Assembly (NCBI GenBank): GCA_963798465.1
Contig: CAWCTC010000001.1
Span: 592,465 to 656,464, forward strand
Direction: 5' to 3'
Origin: an uncultured bacterium
GTDB lineage: Bacteria > Patescibacteriota > Minisyncoccia > Phycocordibacterales > GWA1-40-21
DNA length: 64,000 bases
Positions 8,824 through 17,894 of the stretch are shown here, in pieces (positions within the stretch are counted from its first letter, which is position 1; every line of letters starts with the position of its first letter). The translations under genes were made by a program, and so were the position numbers. The notes beneath the pieces are model-generated. The model was not told where the DNA came from, searched no databases, and saw nothing but the letters and a program-made list of their open reading frames with translations.

Positions 8824-9630
8824 ATGGAGCAAAAAAGAAAAACTGTCGGCTTAGTGCTTGGAAGCGGAAGCGACCGCGGAATGGCACATATTGGAGTTAT
8901 AAAAACTCTGATTAAAAATAATATTCCGATTGATTATATTTCCGGCACAAGTATCGGCGCCGTTATCGGAGCATATTACGCGCTTCACGGTGAAGTCGAT
9001 ATTCTTGAGGACACTTTCAAGCGTATCATGTCTCGCCCGTGGTATCTGCTCGATTTCGATTTCAAAAAACCGAATTTTCTTTCAAACAGAAATATTTATA
9101 ATCTGTTAAAATTTAATTTCTACAACGACAAAACTTTTTCTGACACAAAAATACCTCTTCGAATAAATGCCACGGATGTAGACTCCGGCAGCCAATATGT
9201 TTTCAAAGACGGAAAAATCATAGACGCCGTCATGTCTTCAATGTCGCTTCCGGGAATATTGCCACCGTATGAAATAGGAGAAAAACATTTGGTTGATGGC
9301 GGACTATCAGATGCAATTCCTGCAGATTTACTTTCTGAATTTAAACCGGATATAATAATAGCTGTAGACCTATATAATACAAAAATAGAACCTCTTTCAA
9401 AATATAATATGAGCACAGTATTGAACAGAGTTTATCAGATATATATTTCAAAACTTTCAGAATTCAGCAAGCAGAATTTCTGCAGAAACTGCGAGAATTA
9501 CATCATCATAAATCCAGATACAAAAGAAAATCTGACAAGCCTGACTTTCAAAAATATAGATAAAAATGTCAAAATCGGGACTGAAGAAACAGAAAAGCAT
9601 ATTGAGGAAATTAAAAAACTGTGCGCCTAA
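8824..9630 (+). CDS. Patatin-like phospholipase
   Basis: GSGSDRG oxyanion motif, GTSIG (GxSxG) nucleophile, DGGLSD catalytic Asp. TGATATAAT lies 9 nt upstream of the ATG. Confidence 0.85.
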   Translation: MEQKRKTVGLVLGSGSDRGMAHIGVIKTLIKNNIPIDYISGTSIGAVIGAYYALHGEVDILEDTFKRIMSRPWYLLDFDFKKPNFLSNRNIYNLLKFNFYNDKTFSDTKIPLRINATDVDSGSQYVFKDGKIIDAVMSSMSLPGILPPYEIGEKHLVDGGLSDAIPADLLSEFKPDIIIAVDLYNTKIEPLSKYNMSTVLNRVYQIYISKLSEFSKQNFCRNCENYIIINPDTKENLTSLTFKNIDKNVKIGTEETEKHIEEIKKLCA

Positions 9631-9640
9631 AATTAAATAC

Positions 9641-9676
9641 AAAAAAGGGCGGCACCTTCGGTGCCGCCCTTTTTTG
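9641..9676. terminator. Bidirectional GC-rich terminator (GGGCGGCACCTTCGGTGCCGCCC)
   Basis: A6 + 10-bp GC stem + T6, between convergent genes. Identical core at 26955..26977; near-identical at 60922..60944. Confidence 0.85.
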
Positions 9677-9684
9677 TATTAATT

Positions 9685-10161
9685 TTAATTACTATTTTTT
9701 ACACTAAGCAAATCAATCTTAAAAATCAAAGTTGAACTTGCTGGAATAGGACCATAATCCGTAAATCCATATCCAAGTGCTGGAGGAATTATAAGAATTC
9801 TTTCTCCTCCGACTTTCATACCTTCGACTCCGATATCCCAGCCTTTGATAACATTTCCTGCTCCGAGTGTAAATGTAAATGGAGCTTTACCGACAGTGCT
9901 GTCAAATTCCTGATCGTTTGATGCAAGAACTCCGGTATAATTTACGGTAACTTCACTTCCTGCTACAGCTGTTGTTCCTGTTCCGACGACAGTATCTTGC
10001 GATTGAAGCTGATCTCCTGATGTTTGTTCTGGTTGCATTGTTGTTTGTGTACTTTGACTATTATTAGAATTTGTAAAAAGTCCGCTTACTAAGCTCGCAC
10101 CGACCAGTACGCCAACGACGACGACTGCTATAGTAACGGCAATTGCTGTTTTTTTATTCAT
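9685..10161 (-). CDS. FKBP-type peptidyl-prolyl isomerase, N-terminally membrane-anchored
   Basis: VTVNYTGVL, FTLGAGNVIKGWDIGVEGMKVGGER, IPPALGYG, and an N-terminal hydrophobic helix. Confidence 0.85.
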   Translation of the reverse strand: MNKKTAIAVTIAVVVVGVLVGASLVSGLFTNSNNSQSTQTTMQPEQTSGDQLQSQDTVVGTGTTAVAGSEVTVNYTGVLASNDQEFDSTVGKAPFTFTLGAGNVIKGWDIGVEGMKVGGERILIIPPALGYGFTDYGPIPASSTLIFKIDLLSVKNSN

Positions 10162-10282
10162 TTTTTTTATATTTTTATAAATGATTAATACTCGTACGAT
10201 TATATCAATTTACAAAAATAAAGCCAATCATTTTTTTAGACTTTCCAAAATAATAAAACAAATGCTATAATCTGCACCACAT

Positions 10283-10972
10283 ATGAATTCAAAAAAAACT
10301 AGCCAAAATTCAGACGACGTGCTTTCTAGAAAAAATATCGAGGAAATTGTCAGCAGGAGGGAAAAAATATCAAATGAAGAATTTGATAAAGGTTATAAGC
10401 TGATTGAAAAATATCCGAGATCTGTAAGTATTCTTGGCTCTGCAAGATTTTCAGAGGACAATCAATATTACAAAAAAGCCAGAATCCTTGGATATAAAAT
10501 AGCAAAAGAGCTCGGATATGCTGTAGTCACCGGCGGAGGTCCTGGAATAATGGAAGCTGCAAATAGAGGCGCATTCGAAGCAGGCGGAGCATCAATAGGA
10601 TTCGGCATCAAGCTTCCAAAAGAACAAAGAGAAAACCAATATCTGACGGATCATGTCGATTTCGAATATTTCTTTTCCCGAAAAACCATTCTCTATTTTT
10701 CAGCCGAAGCATATGTTTACTTTCCAGGCGGTTTCGGAACTCTTGATGAGCTTTTTGAAATACTTACTTTGATACAGACAAAAAAAATAAGCAAAGCTCC
10801 AGTGATACTGGTAGGAAAAAGTTTCTGGACTCCGTTCCTGGAATTATTGAAACAAAAGCTTGCGATAGAAAACGATACAATAGATATGTCTGACACAGAA
10901 ATATACAAGATAGTCGACTCTGAAGATGAAATGATAGAAATAATCAGAAAAGCTCCGTACAGAGAAGAATAG
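10283..10972 (+). CDS. LOG family (TIGR00730) nucleotide phosphoribohydrolase
   Basis: VVTGGGPGIMEAANRGA and PGGFGTLDELFE motifs. Confidence 0.85.
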   Translation: MNSKKTSQNSDDVLSRKNIEEIVSRREKISNEEFDKGYKLIEKYPRSVSILGSARFSEDNQYYKKARILGYKIAKELGYAVVTGGGPGIMEAANRGAFEAGGASIGFGIKLPKEQRENQYLTDHVDFEYFFSRKTILYFSAEAYVYFPGGFGTLDELFEILTLIQTKKISKAPVILVGKSFWTPFLELLKQKLAIENDTIDMSDTEIYKIVDSEDEMIEIIRKAPYREE

Positions 10973-10974
10973 TT

Positions 10975-11085
10975 TTGCGTCGCATCTATATTACTTACGC
11001 GACTTTGTTTACTTATGAGCTGTACTCAGCGATTTAGTAAACAAGAAGTGCTCTTGTGGTGCGACGTGATTTCGCAAAATCAAAA
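10975..11085. repeat. Palindromic intergenic repeat related to the MITE interior family
   Basis: TTTTGCG...CGCAAAA outer IR and TTTGTTTACT...AGTAAACAA inner IR. It shares the GTCGCA...TGCGAC module with other copies. Confidence 0.5.
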
Positions 11086-11114
11086 CAGCTGGATTTGAAA
11101 GCTCGGCTGTTTTT

Positions 11115-11747
11115 TTATTTTTGTATATTTTCCTTTTCTTTATTTATTCTTGCTTTGCGCATCTTATAAAAATGTTCTCCTATTCTTGTAACGATAAAAC
11201 CTATAAAAATCCAAAAAATAATGGAAGTGGAATATCTGAAACCATTCAATTGTATCGCTATTTGAGCCGTATATCTCCTGGCAAAATAACCTATGAGTAT
11301 TATTATCGGCGCGCATAGCATGTTTGCCAAAGAATTGAAAAATAAAAATGTCCTGTCTTTGACTTTCAAATATCCAGAAAATACTGGGCCGACAAATCTC
11401 ATCAAAGGAATGCATCTGAAGACAAAAATAGTCACACCGATATTCTTTTCAAACCAAGCTCTATGCTTGCTTATAAATTTAATTTCAAGAACATCCTGTA
11501 TGAATTTATCCACATACTTATCATTTTTTATCGTCAGTTTAAATACGATAAAATCACTTATTATGAAAGCTACAATTACAAGAATTATTGTAAAAATAAG
11601 ATTTATATAGCCGGTGCTTGCAGCATAGCCGACTGTCAACAGCAAAACTTCTTCAGGAACAGGAATTATATATCCGGAAAAAATTGCCGCTATAAAAATT
11701 CCAAGATATGAAAAATGATGTATAAATACAAAAATCTGCTGTATCAT
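11115..11747 (-). CDS. DedA/VTT-domain membrane protein
   Basis: YLGIFIAAIFSGYIIPVPEEVLLLTVGY and multiple TM helices. GTGCTAGAAT lies 8 nt upstream of the ATG. Confidence 0.75.
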   Translation of the reverse strand: MIQQIFVFIHHFSYLGIFIAAIFSGYIIPVPEEVLLLTVGYAASTGYINLIFTIILVIVAFIISDFIVFKLTIKNDKYVDKFIQDVLEIKFISKHRAWFEKNIGVTIFVFRCIPLMRFVGPVFSGYLKVKDRTFLFFNSLANMLCAPIIILIGYFARRYTAQIAIQLNGFRYSTSIIFWIFIGFIVTRIGEHFYKMRKARINKEKENIQK

Positions 11748-11929
11748 GCTCTGCTATTCTAGCACATCTTTAGAAATTATCTTAAAAACATTTAACATGC
11801 TATAGTCATTAATATTATGGAGGAAGAAAACAGCAAAAAAACCCGCACAGCTTTTTTTAAAATATGATAGCAACGATGAATATAAGACTTTTATAAGATA
11901 ACACGCATAAATTTTAAATTTAAAACATT

Positions 11930-12631
11930 ATGGAAAATCTGGACGGACGAGTAAGAATAAACAAATATCTGGCAATGCAAGGCATCTCCACAAGAAGAGA
12001 AGCCGATAAGATTATTCTTGCCGGAAAAGTTACAATTAACGGCAGAAAAGCAGTCCTCGGCGACAAAGTTGGAAATGGAGACAAAGTTGAAATTACAAAA
12101 AAAATTAAAAATAATTTTTCCTACTACGCCTATTACAAGCCGAGAGGAATCATCACTCATTCTCCGCAGAAAGGAGAAAAAGATATTGCTTCATCAATAA
12201 GTTTGAAAGGCGTTTTTCCTATTGGAAGACTCGATAAAGATTCCGAGGGATTGATTATTCTCACAGATGACGGAAGGATTACTGACAGGCTTCTAAATCC
12301 AAAATACGAGCATGAAAAAGAATATCTTGTAAAAACCAGAGTTCCGATAAAACTTTCCCATTTATCAATAATGGAAAGAGGAATGGATTTGGAAGGAATA
12401 AAAACTAAGCCATGCAAAACAAAATTCATAAATGAAAATACATTTTCGATTACAATTTCTGAAGGCCAAAAACATCAGATCAGAAGAATGTGCGACGCAC
12501 TCACTTTGCCTATCGAATCCTTGAAAAGAGTCAGAATTATGAATATAAAATTGGGCAATCTAAAACCGAATGCGCACAGAAAAATCGATGATGATGAATT
12601 GAAAGAATTTTTGAAATCGCTTTCTCTTTAA
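11930..12631 (+). CDS. Pseudouridine synthase, RsuA/RluB family (S4 domain + catalytic domain)
   Basis: N-terminal S4 segment (RINKYLAMQGISTRREADKII) and catalytic GRLDKDSEGLIILTDDG. Confidence 0.8.
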   Translation: MENLDGRVRINKYLAMQGISTRREADKIILAGKVTINGRKAVLGDKVGNGDKVEITKKIKNNFSYYAYYKPRGIITHSPQKGEKDIASSISLKGVFPIGRLDKDSEGLIILTDDGRITDRLLNPKYEHEKEYLVKTRVPIKLSHLSIMERGMDLEGIKTKPCKTKFINENTFSITISEGQKHQIRRMCDALTLPIESLKRVRIMNIKLGNLKPNAHRKIDDDELKEFLKSLSL

Positions 12632-12641
12632 AACGAAAAAA

Positions 12642-12661
12642 GGTTCCGCTTTCGCGAAACC
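12642..12661. terminator. Hairpin between convergent genes
   Basis: GGTTCCGC-TTTC-GCGAAACC with one mismatch, flanked by A- and T-rich runs. Confidence 0.45.
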
Positions 12662-12667
12662 CTTTGA

Positions 12668-12952
12668 CTATTTCTTATGATGATGTCTTTGCGACTTCTC
12701 ATAACCTTTGGCGACAAACTCCGACATCTTGTTGTAAGACTTGACGTATTCGGCTTGTTCGCTTTTTTTATTTTCTTCCTCGAGAAATTTAATCGCGTCC
12801 AATATTTCCTTGAGGTGTTCTTTAGTGCCGTTTTGCTTTGCTGAATCCATAGCTTCTTTGACAGCCAGCTTGGCATACTCCACCTGTTTGCTCATAAGCG
12901 GAGTGTAAATTATCTCTATCTTCGGAAGAAAACTGCGTATTTTAGTCATCAT
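12668..12952 (-). CDS. Hypothetical protein, 94 aa
   Basis: ORF only; helical, charged composition, His-rich C-terminus. Confidence 0.4.
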   Translation of the reverse strand: MMTKIRSFLPKIEIIYTPLMSKQVEYAKLAVKEAMDSAKQNGTKEHLKEILDAIKFLEEENKKSEQAEYVKSYNKMSEFVAKGYEKSQRHHHKK

Positions 12953-13049
12953 AAAAATTCACACTTTCCGCAGATTCTATCTGCATAATTTTGTAATCAA
13001 TATGATTACTTTTCGTCCGAAATACATACTAACATTGCATTAAAAAAAA

Positions 13050-13547
13050 TCAATGTTTTACCAAAAAATAAATTACTAAAACAAAAATCGGCACGACAAA
13101 CTGGAATAATATTCCCCAGAATTTTTCATTTTTAACTTTTATAAGTGCGTGCAATCTATCATGAATTTTTTGAAAAAATGTCCACGGCTGGCATTTGAAT
13201 TTATAATATAAAAATTGGAAAAAATCCGGCATCAGTCCTCCGGCTATGCCGACGAGAGTCAATATCAAGCTTTGCTTGTTTCTGACAAAAATCAAAAAGC
13301 ATAAAAAAATCGCAAAAATAAAATCAGCGGCGATTAAAAGCAGATGCAAAGCCGATTTTGTTTCTTTAAAAATTGATTTTACGGTTTTATTCTTGGTATC
13401 TAAAAAACCGCTTATATCATAATCCGTGTGAGGCAACATATCCAAAACATAATGACTTGCAAATGCCAATCCGAAACCTAAAGCCGGATCATTGGGAAAA
13501 AGATTTGCCAGGGCGGCGCCAACAATTGCATGAGGTGTCAAAATCAT
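13050..13547 (-). CDS. Membrane protein, possibly YdjM/DUF457-like metal-dependent hydrolase
   Basis: MILTPHAIVGAAL start, HYVLDMLPHTDYD, several TM helices. The ATG overlaps the upstream stop as ATGA (13547/13544), which suggests translational coupling. Confidence 0.45.
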   Translation of the reverse strand: MILTPHAIVGAALANLFPNDPALGFGLAFASHYVLDMLPHTDYDISGFLDTKNKTVKSIFKETKSALHLLLIAADFIFAIFLCFLIFVRNKQSLILTLVGIAGGLMPDFFQFLYYKFKCQPWTFFQKIHDRLHALIKVKNEKFWGILFQFVVPIFVLVIYFLVKH

Positions 13548-14653
13548 TGCGTTTGTATGCAAGAATTAAAAGCTGTGACTTCTGCATTATATTGCGCAAC
13601 TAATATTTTTATTTCAGTGGCCAGATTATTATAAAGTGTCGCAGTAGCATTTTTTTCTGCAACATCGGCATTGTAATCCTGAGTGTCTGTTGAAGGAAGT
13701 GCTGAAATTTTTGCATCCAAATTATTTATCGTCGTCATAAGGCTGTTTGCGGAAATTTTATATTGGCTAACTTTTGCCGCTATCGTAGCGTCGGGCTCCG
13801 TGCAATCAGACAACGGCTTTCCAAAAATTTGCGCCGCTATCCAAACACTTTGGCCTTGATAAGTTCCCTGTTCCGCATCGACTCCGATTTCCGTATAATT
13901 CTTGTCGAGAATATTCGCTCTGTGTCCCGGACTGTTCATCCATGCAGTCAGAAGTCCCTGCGAGCTTCCAAAATTTCCAAGAGCAATATTTTCTCCGATG
14001 GTTATATAACCGTAGCCATTTGTCGCAGCTTCTTTTGAAACATCGTCTCCTGTAGGAGAAATGTGCGCAAAATATTGTTTTGAAAACATATCTTTAACTC
14101 TTATGACAGCAATATTGCTTAAAGTATTATTTTTTTGAAGATTAACAAGCGTCGAATCATTTTCTTCTCTTTCCTGATTCGTCAGATAAATTATTTCATC
14201 GCTATTCAAATCAGTTCCGGTAATATTCGGGTTCGGAACATTAGTATTTGATGGAGAAGTATTTACGGAAGAAGTCGTACTTGGCGTTTCAACATTAGAT
14301 ACAACGGAATTGCTATTCAAAGTCTGAACTGGCTCTTGAACTATTTTTACTGTTGATGAAGCGCTTGGAATCGTATAAGAGGTACAAACTTGCTTTCCCA
14401 AATTTGTTCTGAATTCTCCAGCTTTCCATTCACCGGTGGAAATTGACAAAATATACTGTTTGCAGAAATCGCTTTTTACTTGAGCAATTATATTGTTATT
14501 TATGAAATTGAAAATGTTCGAAATACTGTCGGTCAAAGTCTGAGCTTTTGCTACATTGCAAAATAAGGTCGCTGACAGAAAAACAAGCGATGCTATCAAT
14601 AGTTTTCTGGTGCTTGCCCTGTGCGAATTTTTACATTGTTTTAAATTTAACAT
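13544..14653 (-). CDS. Secreted CAP/SCP/PR-1 (YkwD-like) domain protein
   Basis: Signal-like N-terminus. C-terminal GENIALG...LLTAWMNSPGHRANILDKNYTEIGV. The N-terminus MLNLKQCKNSHRA is encoded by the H2 3' arm. Confidence 0.75.
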   Translation of the reverse strand: MLNLKQCKNSHRASTRKLLIASLVFLSATLFCNVAKAQTLTDSISNIFNFINNNIIAQVKSDFCKQYILSISTGEWKAGEFRTNLGKQVCTSYTIPSASSTVKIVQEPVQTLNSNSVVSNVETPSTTSSVNTSPSNTNVPNPNITGTDLNSDEIIYLTNQEREENDSTLVNLQKNNTLSNIAVIRVKDMFSKQYFAHISPTGDDVSKEAATNGYGYITIGENIALGNFGSSQGLLTAWMNSPGHRANILDKNYTEIGVDAEQGTYQGQSVWIAAQIFGKPLSDCTEPDATIAAKVSQYKISANSLMTTINNLDAKISALPSTDTQDYNADVAEKNATATLYNNLATEIKILVAQYNAEVTAFNSCIQTQ

Positions 14654-14719
14654 GATATTTATTCATTAAATACATGACAAACCTATTTTACATCATTTTT
14701 TAACAAATTCATTACGGGG
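14617..14719 (-). promoter_or_regulatory. H2 element copy C, around the SCP-protein start
   Basis: Arms CCCCGTAATGAATTTGT (14719->14703) and AAAAATTCGCACAGGG (14632->14617). The ATG at 14653 is inside the loop. Confidence 0.5.
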
Positions 14720-14829
14720 TTTTTATTCAAAAACATCATAATGCATATTATACAACATAAACGAAAAACGCACTACAGAAACGCATTTTTGCTCACATTT
14801 TTTTTATTTCCAAAAATATGCACAGATTT

Positions 14830-14921
14830 ACCCGAGAAAATTTTTGTTGATGAAAAAATTATGTATAATTTTTCAGCATTATACTAAGATATATACTGCG
14901 TTAACAAAAACTTTAACGGGT
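14830..14921 (-). repeat. H1 element copy C
   Basis: Arms ACCCGTTAAAGTTTTTGTTAA ... TCAACAAAAATTTTCTCGGGT. Two inner hairpins. The interior carries TAGTATAAT. Confidence 0.6.
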
Positions 14922-14935
14922 GATATAATTGGACC

Positions 14936-15328
14936 ATGAAATTTTTATCGTCTTTTCTCGGCTTCTTGAAATGGCATTATGGCAAAGCCTTAATTTCAAT
15001 TTTTTCATTTTGGAAAAATATTCTTATTTTCCTGTTTAATTTTTTCTCAATAAAAAGTTTAATCGGCAATTTTTTCACTCCATGGAAAAGACTCGCCGAC
15101 AGCTATCCGAAGCATTTTGATCTTGGAGTTTATTTCTCGACTTTCATCGTTAATATCCTGATGAGAATTGTTGGAATAATTTTGAGAACAATACTACTTG
15201 CTATCGGAATTACAACTTGCGCCATTTATATTATTCTTTTACCTTTTACACTTTTGATATGGCTCATATTACCTCCATTTATTGCCGGACTTATCATATA
15301 CGGACTTATACTTTTAATTTTTTCATAA
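14936..15328 (+). CDS. Small polytopic membrane protein, hypothetical
   Basis: Three to four hydrophobic helices. TGATATAAT lies 6 nt upstream of the ATG (leaderless-type arrangement). Confidence 0.6.
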   Translation: MKFLSSFLGFLKWHYGKALISIFSFWKNILIFLFNFFSIKSLIGNFFTPWKRLADSYPKHFDLGVYFSTFIVNILMRIVGIILRTILLAIGITTCAIYIILLPFTLLIWLILPPFIAGLIIYGLILLIFS

Positions 15329-15330
15329 AA

Positions 15331-15444
15331 TACTTGTCCCGTTATAAATAACGAGATGAATCAAACAGTAAATTAAATCAAAATAAAAAATATGACAAAA
15401 ATTATTTCACTAAATATTATAAGCCTTAAAATTTTATAACTGGG
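15331..15444 (+). promoter_or_regulatory. H3 intercistronic element copy 1
   Basis: TACTTGTCCCGTTATAAATAACGAGAT ... ATTTTATAACTGGG directly abuts ATG 15445. It has the same ends as 38002..38112 and a different interior. Confidence 0.5.
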
Positions 15445-17892
15445 ATGACAATCACACAATTTTTAAAACAAAGTTCCATATATAATGTCCTTGCGGTTGA
15501 ATCTTTATATTCTGAAAAATTCAGGAAAAATTTATCATTTATTTCAAAAATAATTATTTTTATTGTTGGTATTGCAATATTGCTCATATATTTTACAAAA
15601 CATTCCGATTCATATAGCAGCATAATATCAAAAGGTATCGGCCTAATTCTTGTTTGTGCAGGAATATATTTATGGTCTCATCTCACAAGCTATTATTTGG
15701 CCTCAACATATTATTTTGAAAAAGTTACAAAAAATAAATACAGCAAGGATGAACTTTACACTTTTTCCGCAGGAAGAATTCTTTATGCTGGAAGAAAAAC
15801 AGATATTCTACACGGATTTTTTGATTCTGATATTGGCAGGCTAATCCTTATCAGGCTTGGAATAAGTCCGAAAGACTCAAAATCTTTTTATAAAAATGAA
15901 AAGATAAATCCAGAAAAGGATATGCCTAAACCGGAAGATGAGATTTTGAAAGTAAAAGATATCGTAAAATATCTTTATACTAAGCCGGAATTCGCCAAAT
16001 TCTTAAATGATAAAGGAATTACTGACAAAGAACTTTTCGGCGCTGTCGAATGGGTAATTTATGAAATTGAAACTGCAGAATATAATTCGCAGTGGTGGAG
16101 ACCGGAATTTTTGGCAAAAACAAAAGGCATCGCTGATGATTGGTCTTTCGGAAAAACTTTTGTTCTAGATAGATACAGCAGAAATTTAATAAACGACAAT
16201 GAAGTTGATTCAGAAGCATTATCATTTTCAAATCGTGATGCCGAAGTGAGCCAAATTGAAAATGCCCTTTCACAGTCCAATAGTGCAAATGCAATGCTTG
16301 TCGGCGAACCAGGGCAAGGAAAAATGCAGGTCATCTGGAGTATGTGCAGAAATATTAAAAGCAAAAATATTGCTGATGCTTTGGGGAAGAAAAAACCAAC
16401 TTTGCTTATTGCAAATAATTTGGTTTCCATGTGTAAAGATAAAGATACTTTGGAAGATCAGCTTTCAAGAATATTTGTTGATGCAATAAAAGCCGGAAAT
16501 ATTATTTTAGTAATCGATAATTTTACAGAACTATTCAAGCATGCGGAAAGTTTGGGTGTTGATTTAATAAATCTTATAACTCCTTTCCTTTCCGGTTCAG
16601 CGATACAAATCGTCGCACTTGTGAACACTTCAGATTTCCACCAATATTTTGAAACGAATAAATCTTTGATGAATAATTTTGAAACTGTTTTAGTCAGGCC
16701 GCTCAATACCGATGAAATTATAAAAATAATTTATTCATCAGCCATTTCATCAGAAAACAATTACAAAATTTTCTTCACATATCAGGCAATCCAAGCTCTT
16801 GCAGAAAGTGCCGGCTATTATTTTTCAGGCGGAGTGACTTCAGATAAAGCGATGGATTTGCTTGATGAAATCGCGCCATGGGCAAAAAGAAAAGGATATA
16901 AAATTATCGGAAAAGATGAAGTTTTGGAATACATTCAGCAAAAAACAAATATTCCGACTGGTGGAAAATTGTCAGCGCAAGATAAAAATAAATTATTAAA
17001 TCTTGAAAGCTCGCTCAAAAAAAGAGTTATCGGACAAGAAGACGCGCTTATCGCTGTATCCAATTCTTTGAAAAGATCCCAAACTGGCGTGAGAAATCCC
17101 AACAAGCCAATCGGCTCTTTCCTATTCCTCGGACCAACTGGTGTCGGAAAAACTGAAACGGCAAAAGCTCTAGCTTTCACATTTTTCGGAAGCGAAACAA
17201 ATATGATGCGACTCGACATGTCCGAATATCAGACAGACGACGCGATGGAAAAACTCATCGGCTCGTTTGCTTCCGGCAAACCTGGAGTTTTTTCAAGCAT
17301 GATTCGAGAAAAACAATACGGCGTAGTTTTGCTTGATGAATTTGAAAAAACAAACAAAGATGTTTTGAATCTTTTCTTGCAGATTCTCGATGAAGGAGTT
17401 TTCTCGGATATGTCCGGCGAAAAAGTTAATACAAGAAATATTATTTTCATCGCAACTTCAAATGCCGGTGCTGATAAAATCTTCGCGATGGTTGAAGCTG
17501 GCAAAAATCCAAAAGACGCACAGGAAGAAATTATTGCCGATATTGTAAGCAAAGGATTGTTCAAACCGGAGCTTATAAATCGTTTTGATGCGACCATTAT
17601 TTACAAACCGCTTGAAAATGCCGACTTGCAGCAGATTGCAAAAATAATGCTCGGCAAGCTTGCAGACAGAATGAAAGAAAAAGGTTTGACTCTTCAAATT
17701 TCAGACGCACTTGTTGATTATGTCGTCAAAAATGGTTCAAACAAAGCCTTCGGCGCACGACCGATGAACAGATTCATCCAAGACAATGTCGAAGGAAATA
17801 TCGCAAACTTAATTTTGAAAGATGAAGCGGTTTCTGGAAAAACAATTAGTTTCTCAGTTGATGGAAATAATTTGTCAGCTAAAGTTTCGTAA
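15445..17892 (+). CDS. Clp/Hsp100-type AAA+ ATPase with N-terminal TM helices and a degenerate first ATPase domain
   Basis: D2 is intact: GPTGVGKTE, VVLLDEFEK, GARPMNR. D1 is degenerate: Walker A GEPGQGKM and Walker B ILVIDNFTE. Two N-terminal hydrophobic helices. Confidence 0.8.
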   Translation: MTITQFLKQSSIYNVLAVESLYSEKFRKNLSFISKIIIFIVGIAILLIYFTKHSDSYSSIISKGIGLILVCAGIYLWSHLTSYYLASTYYFEKVTKNKYSKDELYTFSAGRILYAGRKTDILHGFFDSDIGRLILIRLGISPKDSKSFYKNEKINPEKDMPKPEDEILKVKDIVKYLYTKPEFAKFLNDKGITDKELFGAVEWVIYEIETAEYNSQWWRPEFLAKTKGIADDWSFGKTFVLDRYSRNLINDNEVDSEALSFSNRDAEVSQIENALSQSNSANAMLVGEPGQGKMQVIWSMCRNIKSKNIADALGKKKPTLLIANNLVSMCKDKDTLEDQLSRIFVDAIKAGNIILVIDNFTELFKHAESLGVDLINLITPFLSGSAIQIVALVNTSDFHQYFETNKSLMNNFETVLVRPLNTDEIIKIIYSSAISSENNYKIFFTYQAIQALAESAGYYFSGGVTSDKAMDLLDEIAPWAKRKGYKIIGKDEVLEYIQQKTNIPTGGKLSAQDKNKLLNLESSLKKRVIGQEDALIAVSNSLKRSQTGVRNPNKPIGSFLFLGPTGVGKTETAKALAFTFFGSETNMMRLDMSEYQTDDAMEKLIGSFASGKPGVFSSMIREKQYGVVLLDEFEKTNKDVLNLFLQILDEGVFSDMSGEKVNTRNIIFIATSNAGADKIFAMVEAGKNPKDAQEEIIADIVSKGLFKPELINRFDATIIYKPLENADLQQIAKIMLGKLADRMKEKGLTLQISDALVDYVVKNGSNKAFGARPMNRFIQDNVEGNIANLILKDEAVSGKTISFSVDGNNLSAKVS

Positions 17893-17894
17893 AA

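Noticed and set aside
11820-11870. A 16-aa ORF (MEEENSKKTRTAFFKI) with TATAGT 10 nt upstream, in the DedA/rsuA divergent region.
   Set aside because: It is too short, has no terminator, and has no supporting feature beyond a -10-like box.
12955-12975. AAAAATTCACACTTTCCGCAG resembles an H2 3' arm.
   Set aside because: No complementary 5' arm was found within about 150 nt, and the orientation does not fit the adjacent gene. It is probably a degenerate remnant.
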